A stretch of 64,000 nucleotides of DNA from the IMG/VR virus record IMGVR_UViG_3300009130_000015, one strand, 5' to 3'. Shown one piece after another: positions 33,924 to 46,000 of this stretch (positions are counted from its first letter, which is position 1; the number at the start of each line of letters is the position of its first letter). Under the pieces are notes generated by a model. The model was not told where the DNA came from, searched no databases, and was given only the letters and a program-made list of their open reading frames with translations. The DNA comes from a virus. The translations under genes were made by a program, and so were the position numbers.

Positions 33924-34622
33924 ATGTTAGCATCTGAAATCATATACAATATCAAAAACCTTATAGGAGGTGGTGATCAGTCTGATGATATGACACTATC
34001 CGATAGACAGGTTATGTTCATTGTAGACTATTATAGAGCCAGGCTTGCAAAGCAGGACCAGGAAAAAGGAATCTACAACGCATCTATGTATGTCCAAAAC
34101 CTTGGATGTGTATCGGTTATTCAAACTGATAAGAATGAGAAGTGTGAGGTAGATGATTGTATCTTAAGAACTGAGCACAAAATACCAGCTCCATTATTCA
34201 ACAGTAACAACATTACGTTCGTTGGTAAATCAAATGGTACTCCATTTCAACGCAAAGAACACAATGCAATGCATTGGAAACGTGCAGCAAAGTGGACAGG
34301 TAGAGAACCAGCATGGTATGACCAGGCACATTACATTTATTTGGTAGATCCACCAACAATGATGCTTTCAGATATTAACGTACAAGGTATTTTCGAAAGA
34401 CCATCTGATGCATTAAAGTTTAGAACTTGCGATTGTCCTGCTAATGGTGAGGATTGTTTTGATTCATTTGACTTCGAATATCCAATGCCAATGCATCATA
34501 CAGATGTTGTTGTTAAAATGATAGCTGAAACAGAGCTTAGAATCTTAACTTCAATTCCTGTAGATAATGCAAACAACAGTATTAATCAGTTAGCTGAATT
34601 ATTGAATGCCGGAAGTAAGTAA
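33924..34622 (+). CDS. Tail ring protein
   Basis: EIIYNIKNL...SDD..LSDRQV.F.VDYYRARL N-terminus, NVQGIFERP and FEYPMP motifs. Confidence 0.7.
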   Translation: MLASEIIYNIKNLIGGGDQSDDMTLSDRQVMFIVDYYRARLAKQDQEKGIYNASMYVQNLGCVSVIQTDKNEKCEVDDCILRTEHKIPAPLFNSNNITFVGKSNGTPFQRKEHNAMHWKRAAKWTGREPAWYDQAHYIYLVDPPTMMLSDINVQGIFERPSDALKFRTCDCPANGEDCFDSFDFEYPMPMHHTDVVVKMIAETELRILTSIPVDNANNSINQLAELLNAGSK

Positions 34623-35049
34623 AGGATATAGCTTATCACATGCTTGGAAATTCTACAAAGACAAGTATTATTCGAAGGGTGAGCAGTATAAGATAAGTAA
34701 GAAGGCATATAGAGATATATGTGTAGACTTCAACAAGATGTTAGTTGAAGACGGTTTTGAAGGACGTATTGTAAAGCTACCTCATAATCTTGGAACCATC
34801 CGTATTAAAAAGTACGAGTTGAAATACAGTAAGCTGAAGGTTGATATACAAAAGACACATGAAACTGGAGAGACACATTACTTACTGAAGCTCCCAGAGG
34901 ATGGTTATTTAGCTAAGTGGGTTTGGAACAAACTCAGATGTACAACAGTAAATATTAAGTATTACTCGTTTAGTCCTACTTGGACTAACGCAAGAAGATT
35001 AAGGACCTTCATTAAAAAGAAAGACTCACATAAAAGATTCATGTCATGA
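34606..35049 (+). CDS. Second HU/IHF-like protein
   Basis: YRDICVDFNKMLVEDGFEGRIVKLPHNLGTIRIKK and a C-terminal YYSFSP. Confidence 0.65.
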   Translation: MPEVSKGYSLSHAWKFYKDKYYSKGEQYKISKKAYRDICVDFNKMLVEDGFEGRIVKLPHNLGTIRIKKYELKYSKLKVDIQKTHETGETHYLLKLPEDGYLAKWVWNKLRCTTVNIKYYSFSPTWTNARRLRTFIKKKDSHKRFMS

Positions 35050-35909
35050 TTCACAACTTAAACTCCATAGATAGAATAATCAACAAGATCATTACGGATC
35101 TTGGTTTAGGTCATCAAGAAGTACCATATCAATCATTTATTGAATGGATTGCTGATGCACTTGAACATATTGGTAGTTACTACCAATTCGAGGAGAAAGC
35201 ATGTGAGATTTTGATTCAGGATTACGATGGTATGTTACCTTGTGATTTCCATAAGCCAATCAAGCAGTTCCTTAAAAATGGATGTGAGATTGTCCCAGGT
35301 CCTGGAGGATTCTATGGTGGGTCATTAACACATACGTTGAATCAATGTGGGGTTGACTATGAGAGTCTACCTGCGTATGAAAGATTTAAGCTCATTGCGG
35401 TCCCAGGCTTACAGAGAACGAACGTAACTGATACGATTGACGGTATTGTTGATAGACTTCAGTTCAATAAGAATCTAATTGGAGATCCGAGAGTTAGTAA
35501 GTTTACTGACATGGATTGGAATATAAACTTCAATAAGATTACTACATCATTTAGATATGGTGTTATTTCCATCCAATATTTAGCAATGCCTACTGATGAT
35601 AGAGGTTTCCCATTAGTTCCAGATGATGTTTCTTTCAGAGATGCTTTATTCTGGAAGTGTGCAATGCATATTTGTATGCTAAATCCTTCGTTGATAAAGA
35701 ACCCACAACTTCGTAACTATGAAGCATGTGAAAGTAGATGGTTGAAGTACTGTGCTCAAGCAAGAGCAAGTGCTAATATGCCTGATCTTGAAATGCTTGA
35801 GAGATTGAAGAACAACTGGTTGAGATTACACAACGATGTTGGGTTTGATAGAAATGATTACAAAGAGAACGGTAAGCCTCAATACTTAAACTTAGACGGT
35901 AGATACTAA
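35046..35909 (+). CDS. Tail ring protein
   Basis: FIEWIADALEHIG and ISIQYLAMPTDDRGFPLVPDDVSFRDALFW motifs of crAss ring proteins. Confidence 0.7.
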   Translation: MIHNLNSIDRIINKIITDLGLGHQEVPYQSFIEWIADALEHIGSYYQFEEKACEILIQDYDGMLPCDFHKPIKQFLKNGCEIVPGPGGFYGGSLTHTLNQCGVDYESLPAYERFKLIAVPGLQRTNVTDTIDGIVDRLQFNKNLIGDPRVSKFTDMDWNINFNKITTSFRYGVISIQYLAMPTDDRGFPLVPDDVSFRDALFWKCAMHICMLNPSLIKNPQLRNYEACESRWLKYCAQARASANMPDLEMLERLKNNWLRLHNDVGFDRNDYKENGKPQYLNLDGRY

Positions 35910-38900
35910 TGGAAGCAAATACGTTTTTAGGTGGGATGGATACTAATTCACATCCTAAGAAGCAAAAAGAACATACAACACGAGAAGTTATAAACTTCGT
36001 ACCATTATCTGAAGATGGAAACTTGTTCAGTGTCACCAACGAAAGTGGCACACTTCAAGTTACTGCATCTTTTCCTGCTGGTTTTAGACCTATTGGACAC
36101 ACCGTTCTTGGTAGTGAGATTATTGTCATCATTGCTGATTCATCTGGTAACAACCAAGTTGGATACATCATTGAGGACAATAACCCAGATCCTACATATG
36201 GTTTCTACCACCCGGTAGCACCATTGGATCCTGGTACGGGTAATGTACCTGTTAACAACAGTGAATTTGGATTTACACAAGCACATCCAGTTGATTGTGT
36301 TAGTAGAAAGTTGATCAATGGACATCGTGTATTATACTTCACAGATAATAATGTACCATACGGTAGAGTTGATTTAGACAGTCCCCCTGAAGTAGGCAGT
36401 GTTGAAGATGAGGTGAAACTTACTTTCAATCAGTCAATTCCCGATATTAATATCACAGGTATTGTAGAAGGGGTGCAGAGTACTATACAGCCTGGGATCG
36501 TTCAGTTCATAACTCGTTATGTTACTCCAACTGGAGGTGAGACGGTATTTGGAATTCCAACACAACCATTGCCAATGGTGCCTTCAGATAGAGCTGATGG
36601 TGCAAATAATTATGCTGGTGAATTCTATGAGTATGGTACAATTAACAAGAATGTTCGATTGGAGATCACCAATGTCGATACTAAGTTTGCTGAACTTGAG
36701 ATAGTTGCAATATACTATGAGGGTTCACAATCAGTATTTAAGTCATCTGTTGTTGGTCAAATTCCAATCACTTCAGATACCATAAACTTCACATATACAG
36801 GTCCAGATACTGAGACTGAGATAACTTTGACTCGTGAGGAGTTGAGGAAAATATTGATTTCCTATACTCATGCCAAGTGTATTGAGCAGAAGGACAACAC
36901 ACTGTATTTATCAAATCTTAGAGATGGTAGATCTGGATACAATGAAGTTTTACAAGAGATAGCCAATAAGGTTCGTATTAAATATAGAACTCAAGAGGTT
37001 CAGTTTTCAGGTAGAGGTGATGATGCAACTACTACCGAATTGGCATTTACAGCAATTGGTAATCCATACATTACAAGTATTTTCACATTGGTTCTTCCAA
37101 TGTCAGAGGACGTGGACCCAATAACAGGTGGTGTAACTGGTACTTACGAGCTATCTCGTCCTGGTGAAGTTGCTTCTGCTGATATTACAATTGTAGATTT
37201 CTCTCAGATTGGAGATGGTGACACAATTATCATTGATACTTCTACTGGTGGAGGTGGTTTGACACAAACTACAGTTACATTTACAGCGAGAAACAGTCCG
37301 ACATTACCCGATGAGTTTGCAATTGGAACCGATAATGACTCGACTGCGGCCAACTTAATCGATGCGATAAACAGTTCGGTTAATGTTATTGATTATGTGG
37401 CTGTACCTGGTGCAACTACAGATGTTGTCACGCTTTTATGGTCTACTATAGACTTGGATGCAAATGGTGTTTCTGTTACTTATTCAGGATTACCCGCTGC
37501 AATAACTACTACAAACTTCACTGGTGCAAATACCACACCAACAACTGTACCTGCAACTGCAGCGGTTGTTTCTGGTAGTAATGTTTCAATATCTTTTGGT
37601 TCTCCAATTAGTACTGCTGATTCATTACTTGTTTTAGCACCTGGTATTAATAACACAGAAACACCTGCTGAAAACTTTACACTATCTGCTACAGGGTTAC
37701 CTTTAGTTATTGATGCTCCACAAGGGAGCAGTACTGCAGGATCAAGTCCTGGATTCACAGATTATACCAATGAGATATTAACTGTAACATCGAAAGGGTA
37801 TAGGAGAGATGAGGTTTATTCATTAGCGTTCACTCTTCTGTTTAAAGATGGTACGACTACGAATGCATTCCATATTCCTGGCTATGCTGGCTATGTTGAT
37901 GATGCTACATTTGGCGCAGGTCAAAATAGATTTGCTCCTACAGGTTTGGACGCTTGGCCCTCTTTCAGCCAGGTTAATAACTCTAACTATTTCGTTGGTA
38001 CATATGTTTCAGAAACAGTATACCCAACGGAGCAAGATTATCCAGGAGATCAACCTGGAGATGATAATACAGAACAAGGTCCTGGTGTCAATACAGCTCG
38101 TAACGTTAGACATCACTTGATGCCTAAACTTGAGAACGAACCACATTATAGAAATGACAATGGTACAGAGTTTGTAAGAATTTTATCATTGGACTTTGAA
38201 TTCGTTGTTCCAATTCCAGCATTCATATTAAACGAAGTACAGGAAATCATCTTCTTAAGAGAAAGAAGAAGCAATAGTACTAATAGATCTGTAGTGTCCC
38301 AAGGACTTACCAACAATACAATGATCAATGCAGATAGCTTTGATAATGATGGTAAGGTTCAAGGTGCTATAATAGATGGGGGTACAGGTGTTTACAAAGA
38401 CATGAAGGCTGGTTATATGGTTGCGGAGAACATCTTCTTTGGTGGTGAAACATCATTGGAAGTTGCAGATAACTATGAGGAGAATGGAGCTCGTGTTGAT
38501 GCGGGTCAGTGTTATCCAAATTTCCCAACAGCAGGTTACGCTTCACCTAACTATAGTAATGGTTTTAGATTAAACTCTGAAATATTCAAAGATCAAGTTA
38601 GATACCACAGTCCTGAGACAAACCTACTTACAGGATTTAGATTTGAAGCAGGTTCCATTGAAGGAGCTACTTTAGATCCGGTATTACTATTGAAAGGTAG
38701 AATTGATAAAGCTGTTAATTTCCATGAGGATATCCAAGTTGGTGATTCTGGAACATTTCAGTTAAATCAGAACTACATTAAGACTTACATGTATGCAGAT
38801 TTCTTCTGTAACTACAATGATTACGATACTGTTGTTGCTATTCCAACCCCAAGAATTATAGATGAAGCAAGGTATTTAGATGCTAATGTTAAGAGGGTTG

Positions 38901-40936
38901 ATTCAATTCGTATCAATGAGCCAGGCTTGAAGAGTACAACTCGATTCAACCAAGGTGGACTTGAGATATTAGCTGATCAGGATTTACCTGATGTTCCGAA
39001 CATTACTGATTTCAAGATATATAATGATTTTGATCGTAAAGGTGATGGGGATTTAGATACAGGACAAGGGCTTGCAAGTAGAATGTTTGAGAATAACTCA
39101 GGGTTAAACTTAAAATGGAACGGTGTAGATTGTGAAAGATACCTGTATAACATTAAGGTAAATAATATCAATCAGTATGGACAACTAACTCTTGCAAGTT
39201 TCATACCAGTTGAAAGAGAAGAGATATTGAATCCAGGTGGTGGATTTAGAACTACATATAATGGGATATTTGGTGGTGATACCTTCATTACTAAATATGC
39301 ATTCAACAATGGACATGTTGTTCCTTACGATCCTTTTGACGAGGATGGAAACAATACGATCAATGGTAATGGTAGATCTACTTCAGCAAGAGGGTATGCT
39401 AATATCGATGGTCTTGATCAGGGAGGTAAGGCACATGGGTGGGATTTCCGAACATGTACATACTACTTTGTAGAGTCAAACATCAATACATACTATCGTC
39501 ACAGACCTGAAGAAGAAACTAAGCAGGATTATTTCCCAAATCAAAGTGATTTGAGTATTCTATTGAATGATTACTTTGCTACATTAGGTAATATCAGAGC
39601 TTACAACACTCAGTATTCATACGAGAATAATGTTCGTGAATACTTTGTTAGAGGTTCTTTGGATACTGCTATTACAGATTTCGAAAACAGAACAATTTAT
39701 TCAGAACAAGCTGCGGAAGACGATACGTTGGATGCATATAGATCTTTCTTACAGAATGACTTTTACGATTTACCTTCGGAAGGGGGTCCAATATGGGATA
39801 CATTTGTTGAGTATAATACTCTTTTTATGCATACTCCTAAGTCCCTTTGGAGAACTTTTGCAGAACCTGCAGCCACGATCAGCGGTGGGAACATTTCAGA
39901 TGCGGTACTTGGGACCGGCCGTTTATTTGCGAGACCTTCTACTGAAGTCCTTGAGACCGAAGGGGGTTATGGAGGTAGTATTTCACAGTTTGCTGGAGCT
40001 CATTCGAAGATTGGTTATATATTCCCGGACGTATTACAAGGGAAAGTTTTTGTACTTGCGATTGGTAAAGGCGGGCCGTTCCTTAAAGAACTTAGTAAAG
40101 AAGGACTCTCAACGTTTATGCACAAGAACCTTGAGTTAGGTTTGACGAGATTTGCAGGTCAGTTTGATCTTTCTAAAGTTACTACAGCGGATTCCCATTT
40201 GATAGATAATCCATATATTGGAATCGGACTTGTTGGTGGATATGATTATAAACTCGATAGATATTTCCTTGTTAAGTTCCCAGTGGACGGTGAAACAGAT
40301 GGATTTACTGTTACGTTTGTGAAGGATACTAACAACTGGTTTAGTTATCATTCGTATAAACCTAATGTTATTATTCCTTATGATAACAGAGTCGTGTTTT
40401 TAAGGAATCAGGATAACGCAGGTAATTTAATTGATGGTGAAGTTCACGAAATGAATGTTGGTCCTAAAGGGTCATACTTCGGAACTGTTTATGATTCAGA
40501 GTTAACATATGTTACTGTTGCAAAAGACAAGGCTAATATCTATAACAACTTGGTAATCAACTCAGAAAGTGTAGATAGAACAACAGGAATTAAACAGAGA
40601 GATGATAACTTCTATGAACTTCAGGTTTACAATGAGAGAAATAACACAGGTAACTATACATTAGTTCCTGATAATGATTTCGGTACTGTTATAAATGCAG
40701 GTGAAACATCTATCAAGTTTAGAAATGATGAATACAGAGTTGCTATTCCAAGAGATTCTGTAGTTGATAACTCTGGTGATATATTTGATCCAGGTAACTT
40801 AGATAACGTAAACCCACCAATCCGTGAAAGGATTAAAGGTAGATACGCTATCGTTAAATTAAAGTACGATAATACTAACGATATAGAGTTTGTTTTAAAC
40901 CACATAAAAACTATCTTTATAAACAACTTCAGATAA
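35909..40936 (+). CDS. Tail muzzle/stabilisation protein with an internal beta-rich insertion
   Basis: 1675 aa. N-terminal NTFLGGMDT, GYRRDEVYSLA, GGDTFITKY, and a C-terminal RIKGRYAIVKLKYDN. Lies between the ring and cargo genes. Confidence 0.8.
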   Translation: MEANTFLGGMDTNSHPKKQKEHTTREVINFVPLSEDGNLFSVTNESGTLQVTASFPAGFRPIGHTVLGSEIIVIIADSSGNNQVGYIIEDNNPDPTYGFYHPVAPLDPGTGNVPVNNSEFGFTQAHPVDCVSRKLINGHRVLYFTDNNVPYGRVDLDSPPEVGSVEDEVKLTFNQSIPDINITGIVEGVQSTIQPGIVQFITRYVTPTGGETVFGIPTQPLPMVPSDRADGANNYAGEFYEYGTINKNVRLEITNVDTKFAELEIVAIYYEGSQSVFKSSVVGQIPITSDTINFTYTGPDTETEITLTREELRKILISYTHAKCIEQKDNTLYLSNLRDGRSGYNEVLQEIANKVRIKYRTQEVQFSGRGDDATTTELAFTAIGNPYITSIFTLVLPMSEDVDPITGGVTGTYELSRPGEVASADITIVDFSQIGDGDTIIIDTSTGGGGLTQTTVTFTARNSPTLPDEFAIGTDNDSTAANLIDAINSSVNVIDYVAVPGATTDVVTLLWSTIDLDANGVSVTYSGLPAAITTTNFTGANTTPTTVPATAAVVSGSNVSISFGSPISTADSLLVLAPGINNTETPAENFTLSATGLPLVIDAPQGSSTAGSSPGFTDYTNEILTVTSKGYRRDEVYSLAFTLLFKDGTTTNAFHIPGYAGYVDDATFGAGQNRFAPTGLDAWPSFSQVNNSNYFVGTYVSETVYPTEQDYPGDQPGDDNTEQGPGVNTARNVRHHLMPKLENEPHYRNDNGTEFVRILSLDFEFVVPIPAFILNEVQEIIFLRERRSNSTNRSVVSQGLTNNTMINADSFDNDGKVQGAIIDGGTGVYKDMKAGYMVAENIFFGGETSLEVADNYEENGARVDAGQCYPNFPTAGYASPNYSNGFRLNSEIFKDQVRYHSPETNLLTGFRFEAGSIEGATLDPVLLLKGRIDKAVNFHEDIQVGDSGTFQLNQNYIKTYMYADFFCNYNDYDTVVAIPTPRIIDEARYLDANVKRVDSIRINEPGLKSTTRFNQGGLEILADQDLPDVPNITDFKIYNDFDRKGDGDLDTGQGLASRMFENNSGLNLKWNGVDCERYLYNIKVNNINQYGQLTLASFIPVEREEILNPGGGFRTTYNGIFGGDTFITKYAFNNGHVVPYDPFDEDGNNTINGNGRSTSARGYANIDGLDQGGKAHGWDFRTCTYYFVESNINTYYRHRPEEETKQDYFPNQSDLSILLNDYFATLGNIRAYNTQYSYENNVREYFVRGSLDTAITDFENRTIYSEQAAEDDTLDAYRSFLQNDFYDLPSEGGPIWDTFVEYNTLFMHTPKSLWRTFAEPAATISGGNISDAVLGTGRLFARPSTEVLETEGGYGGSISQFAGAHSKIGYIFPDVLQGKVFVLAIGKGGPFLKELSKEGLSTFMHKNLELGLTRFAGQFDLSKVTTADSHLIDNPYIGIGLVGGYDYKLDRYFLVKFPVDGETDGFTVTFVKDTNNWFSYHSYKPNVIIPYDNRVVFLRNQDNAGNLIDGEVHEMNVGPKGSYFGTVYDSELTYVTVAKDKANIYNNLVINSESVDRTTGIKQRDDNFYELQVYNERNNTGNYTLVPDNDFGTVINAGETSIKFRNDEYRVAIPRDSVVDNSGDIFDPGNLDNVNPPIRERIKGRYAIVKLKYDNTNDIEFVLNHIKTIFINNFR

Positions 40937-40937
40937 T

Positions 40938-43061
40938 ATGGCACAAGGTAATGTATACGGGGTTCAGAAATTAGAAGAGACAGATGTAAGAAGTGACTTA
41001 GATATGGCAATGGGTGCCACGAGCGCAATGGCACAAGGTGCTCAAATTGGTTCACAATTTGGACCATGGGGTACAGCAGCAGGAGCTGTAGGAGGTCTTG
41101 CACTTGGAGTAGCTGGACAGAAGAAAGGATTACGTCTGGAAGAAGAACGCAAAGTCATTACCGATAGTCAGAGAGAATTCGTTGATAATCTTGAAGGTCG
41201 TGATTTTCGTGAGAATACTTTAGTTAGAGCCCAGGCTCGTTATGGTATGAACAAAAAAGGTAGATACGACAATGTTGAATCTGCAGAGGTTGTTGAGATC
41301 GAAGGTGATGGATCTGGTTCCCCAAATGGTATTGGTGAGATCCATGTCGATAAAAACTATAACATTAAGAATATAGCAAAAGGAAGCCAACGTCATGAGG
41401 ACGGTGGACATGTTGTTAATAATCTTGAGAAGGATGATATCATCTTTCCAACTCAGAATAGTGAGAAAGAATACAATAGAATTATGGGAGCAATCAAGAA
41501 GTATAAACTAAATGGGGATTCCCGAGCTAAAAAGTATTTAGATAAGAAGAGAGACAAACTTCCTACTGATGAGGATTATGGTTACAATAGTGATACGAAT
41601 AAAGAATACCCTGATGGATTTAAAGGTGGCGAAGCCGACAATCCAAAAGCACAACTTAAGCAGTTGATGGAAACATCAGGTATTAATTTATCTCGTAGGC
41701 AGTTAAGAAGGATGACAGATACAGAAGCAATGGACATGGTTCATTCTTTTGCTGATGATCCAACTATTACTGCAGCCAATCCAAATATCTATAGAGTACC
41801 TGTTAGTGATGAGAATCCAGCAGAAGCTGCTGCTGACATAGGTAAGAACACACAAGGTCAAACTGGTTCAGTTGTGACTGGTAGTGGTTCAATGCAACAG
41901 AAGAAAGATGGTGCACCTGATATAAATCAAGGTAGTGCATGGGATGTATTATTCGATAGAGGTAAATCTTGGGATGAAGATACTATCAAGAAATATGCTG
42001 AAGAGAATAACTTAAAATTTACAGATGTTTCTAAAGAAGCTGAAGCGAGAGGTATTGATATCCCAGAGGGTTCTCTTGGAAAAGGTGATTCAGATCGTAG
42101 TGTTAATTGGGGTCCTAAAACGGCTGCATTCTTTTCTGCCACGGAAACTGACACAACTCCAAAAGTTCAACCACAACACCCTACACATCAACCGATTGCA
42201 GACAAATCCGCTGTGACAAATACTCCACAGGTAAGGCAGTACGAAGCATCACCAAGTGAGGTTCTCTCTCCTGAAGCCCAGGAACAATTCGATCCACTTA
42301 GAAATGGAACGTTAGGAGATGATGGTTCTACTGTTTATGATGATTCTGGAAATGTAAAAGGATACATTGATCCGGAAACTGGAGAATATACTGCAGGTGA
42401 GAGGGAAAAGGAACCAACGGAGGCTGAGTTGAGAAGTGCCGAGGCTTGGGAAGAAATTCACAACATAGACGAGCATAATAATCCATTGAAGTATGCATCG
42501 GTTGCTAATAAAATAGCTAAGGGTTCTGAAGCTATAGATCCTGTTGAGAGACGTTTCTATACTCCAGATCGTTATGAGTACGAAGATAGATCTGCATCAG
42601 ATCGTCGTGCAACCACTGAGCAAAGAAATTATGCAACTCAACAACTTAGAGGTAAAGGATTATCTGTTGGTCAACAACAAGCATATCAAAATCAGATAGG
42701 TAGTAGATACTTAAACCAAATGGAAGGTATCAACGAAAGAGAAGCTCAACGTCAAGATAATGTAGATGCTCAGAATGTAGCACTTATGAATCAAGCAGAA
42801 ATGAGTAACTTGCAACTTGCTAATCAATATGATACTTTCGACGATCAAGCTGAAGCTGCGAGACAAAGATATATGGATGAAGCAATGTCCGATGTTAGTA
42901 AGTTTGCTCAACTGGACGAACAGAAACGTTATATGATGGATCGTGATAAAAAGCGAAACATGATGCAAATGGGAACTGTTGGTATGGTTGGAACAGGTGA
43001 TTTCGGATATGACCCTAACAATCCTTTTGTTGGAGTTAAGTACAAGAACTATAAAAAATAA
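40938..43061 (+). CDS. Ejected cargo protein with an N-terminal Gly-rich membrane-like segment
   Basis: GAQIGSQFGPWGTAAGAVGGLALG, VEIEGDG...RHEDGG motif, and a Gln-rich C-terminus. Confidence 0.7.
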   Translation: MAQGNVYGVQKLEETDVRSDLDMAMGATSAMAQGAQIGSQFGPWGTAAGAVGGLALGVAGQKKGLRLEEERKVITDSQREFVDNLEGRDFRENTLVRAQARYGMNKKGRYDNVESAEVVEIEGDGSGSPNGIGEIHVDKNYNIKNIAKGSQRHEDGGHVVNNLEKDDIIFPTQNSEKEYNRIMGAIKKYKLNGDSRAKKYLDKKRDKLPTDEDYGYNSDTNKEYPDGFKGGEADNPKAQLKQLMETSGINLSRRQLRRMTDTEAMDMVHSFADDPTITAANPNIYRVPVSDENPAEAAADIGKNTQGQTGSVVTGSGSMQQKKDGAPDINQGSAWDVLFDRGKSWDEDTIKKYAEENNLKFTDVSKEAEARGIDIPEGSLGKGDSDRSVNWGPKTAAFFSATETDTTPKVQPQHPTHQPIADKSAVTNTPQVRQYEASPSEVLSPEAQEQFDPLRNGTLGDDGSTVYDDSGNVKGYIDPETGEYTAGEREKEPTEAELRSAEAWEEIHNIDEHNNPLKYASVANKIAKGSEAIDPVERRFYTPDRYEYEDRSASDRRATTEQRNYATQQLRGKGLSVGQQQAYQNQIGSRYLNQMEGINEREAQRQDNVDAQNVALMNQAEMSNLQLANQYDTFDDQAEAARQRYMDEAMSDVSKFAQLDEQKRYMMDRDKKRNMMQMGTVGMVGTGDFGYDPNNPFVGVKYKNYKK

Positions 43062-43066
43062 TAAGC

Positions 43067-46000
43067 ATGGGTAAGGGTATCAATAGATTTGAGAGTCCGG
43101 TTAAAGATCAATACGTTCAAACATATGTTGATCAATATGTTCCTGCTCCTTTTGAACTAATGCAGCGTAAAGCTGAAGCTGAACAAAAGAAGTTTGACAC
43201 AGTTCAGAACAACTGGGATGTTTTAAATCAGAAGATGGGTGAGAGGTTATTGAAGGCTGATAATCCATTGATGGCGGAACAAATGGGTACTATTCAGACT
43301 ACTGTTGATAATGCCTTGAAGGAAGCTGACGGTGATTGGCGTAAGTTAAATCGTGAAATCGTTAATGCTTCAGGTGCTTATAATAAGTGGATCAAGACAG
43401 GTCTTGGTGCAGAAGCTCTTGTTCAAAAGAAGAAGATGGCTGATAACTTGAAAGCAATCCAGGATTCTAAGATGGGCGGTGACATGAAAGTCGCGTGGGC
43501 TAATAAACTTGAAGATGATTACAACACAATTGGTGGTGTTGTTCATGGTGGTCAAGTGGGAGATCCTATTTTATATGATGTTTCAGAGCTCCAAAAGACA
43601 GCTCAAACTATGATATCCCAGTTGAAACTGGATAAAGATTCTAACGCTTATGTTAATATTGATGATAAGCAAGGATTACTTATAACAGGATTTGAAGATA
43701 AAGGAGATGTTTCTAAGGAAAGAATTCGTCAGCTTTCAGGTATGATGAAAAATCATCCTGAGTTCCAAGCTATGGTTGAATCCGAGTATGCTGTAAAGCA
43801 ACCAAACATGACTAAACAAGATTTTGCAGATTATAGATTTGCTCAAATGTTTAGTGGATTGGATGCGAATGCATACGTGGAGGAAAAGAATAGAATCAAA
43901 GCCAAAGAGACAACTGCTGCAAAAGAGAAAGCAAAGAAGAAAAAGAAGTACACTCCTGTTACTCCTAAGATATCTAAGATGGATTCTTTCCAATACGATC
44001 CGAATGCGGAATTCGTAGACGAAGATAAAGATATTGTAGATGATCCATTGAATACCATAATGACTAACAATGCCAATGAAGGTAAAAACTTAGTTAATGG
44101 TACACTTAAAGATATCTACTTCAAGAATAATGTACCACATGGTACAACTGCTGAGAATAAAGAAGCTTTTGAATCCAATATTGCCAAGTGGATGACAGAT
44201 CATGGTGTTGAAGTTGGTAAGGATGGCAAACCTACAGATGAGAATTATAATGATTTCATCAAGTTCGTAGCGACCGCAGATGACATTAGCTCTACCAATT
44301 CACTATTTAATGGTAACTCAGCGCAACAAAAGATATTCAGAGATAAGGCTAAAGCTTCATATAAGAATATCCTTAGACGAAACCAGTTGTTTGAGGAGGC
44401 AGAACAACAACTTAAGTCTGCAGGTATTGTTGTAGCATCAGAGAATGCAGTTAAGCAAAATGAAACAGGATTGATCAATGCAATCGATGCGTATTACGCT
44501 AAGAAGCATGAAGGTATGGAGATTGATGCTGATTATATGACTGATTTAAAGCAGATTATATTTGAAGACGATCCTACTTTCTTCACAGCAGGCGGTAAGA
44601 ACTATAAGGCCAAGCAGGTGTTGAATGAAATCAAACATTACAACGCCAGTGATGATAAATCTAAGTTCACAAAATCACCTGAGTTCATTAAGATGGCTGA
44701 GATGTTTGAGAACTTAGAGAGTAGTAGAGATATACTTGGCAAGAAGGGAGATGATGATTATTACAAGAATAAGATAAACGCAATCCTTACAAACAGGATG
44801 AAGGGTGGATCTATTTCTATACCTGAGAGTAATCAAACTAATGTTAAGGTTTATAACCGTGATACTGGTAAATACGAAGATGGTATATTATCATCTGATA
44901 AGTTATACAAAGACTTCTTAAAACCTAAAGCTGAGGCTGTTGCAAACATGAAAATGTTAGATGGTACAGGTAAGGAAGTTAGACTTGGTGATTATATCAC
45001 AAAGACATATGGTAAATTAAAACCAAACGAAGTAGAGGGTATCAAAGCCGGTATCTTAAAGTCTGGTATGTTTACAGATGTTGTTGATCCTGTTACTGGT
45101 AACATGGAAGTGGTATTCTCTGATTCTAAAACAGGTAAGAAGTTTAGAATGCCTATCAATATTGGAGGTAAGGGTACTGAAAATACTTTAGGTATAGGTG
45201 AAGGTGAGCTTAAATTGACTAAGACTCAGCAAGCTAAGATGAAATTATGGGGTGATGTTCAAGCAGCTAAGATGGGATACCTGGAGTACGCTCCGGCTGG
45301 TGATCCTGAATTAGGTGTTTCCATTCATAGTAAAAAGAGAGGTTTAATGGATGATGATGGTGCAACATTCGATGATGCATTAGCTACAAATGGAAACTAC
45401 AATGTTTCTATTAACCCACGTAAATTGGGACTTTATATCCCAGGCCCTAAAGGAAATACCACTCTTGATAGGATTGAGATTCCAAATGATCAGGCTGCGA
45501 ATGTTCTTTTAACATACCAGTCTATTCTTGACGGTAATATTTCGGAAGCTCAAAAGCAAAAGTACGCAGGTATGTCTAACCATGACATTGCCAAATTGTA
45601 TTTAAGACGTAAGGTTGAATCAATCCAAAGAGTTGGTGCACCTCAACAAGAGTCTAAACCATTCACTATGGAAACTGGTGGAATGGGTCGGACAGATGAT
45701 CCGGTAGGTAGTGATGCTTATACTAAAAAGAAAGAAGCTGAAGAAGCTTTAAAAAAAAAAAGTAATGAACAAGTAATCTATAAGGATGCTAAGTTCACTA
45801 CTGTTCCCATTAAAGATTTCTATGGGAATGATGTAAAGCTAAAGAAACCAGTTGCTGATGCATTGATTGTTGCTAACACTAAGTTGAAAGACCAGGGTGT
45901 TGATATCAAGATTGCAGATAACTATGTTTCTTCAGATGTTAAAGTTAAAGCATACAATGAGTACAAGGCTCAGTTAAAAGAGTACAACTCAAAGGGTTAC

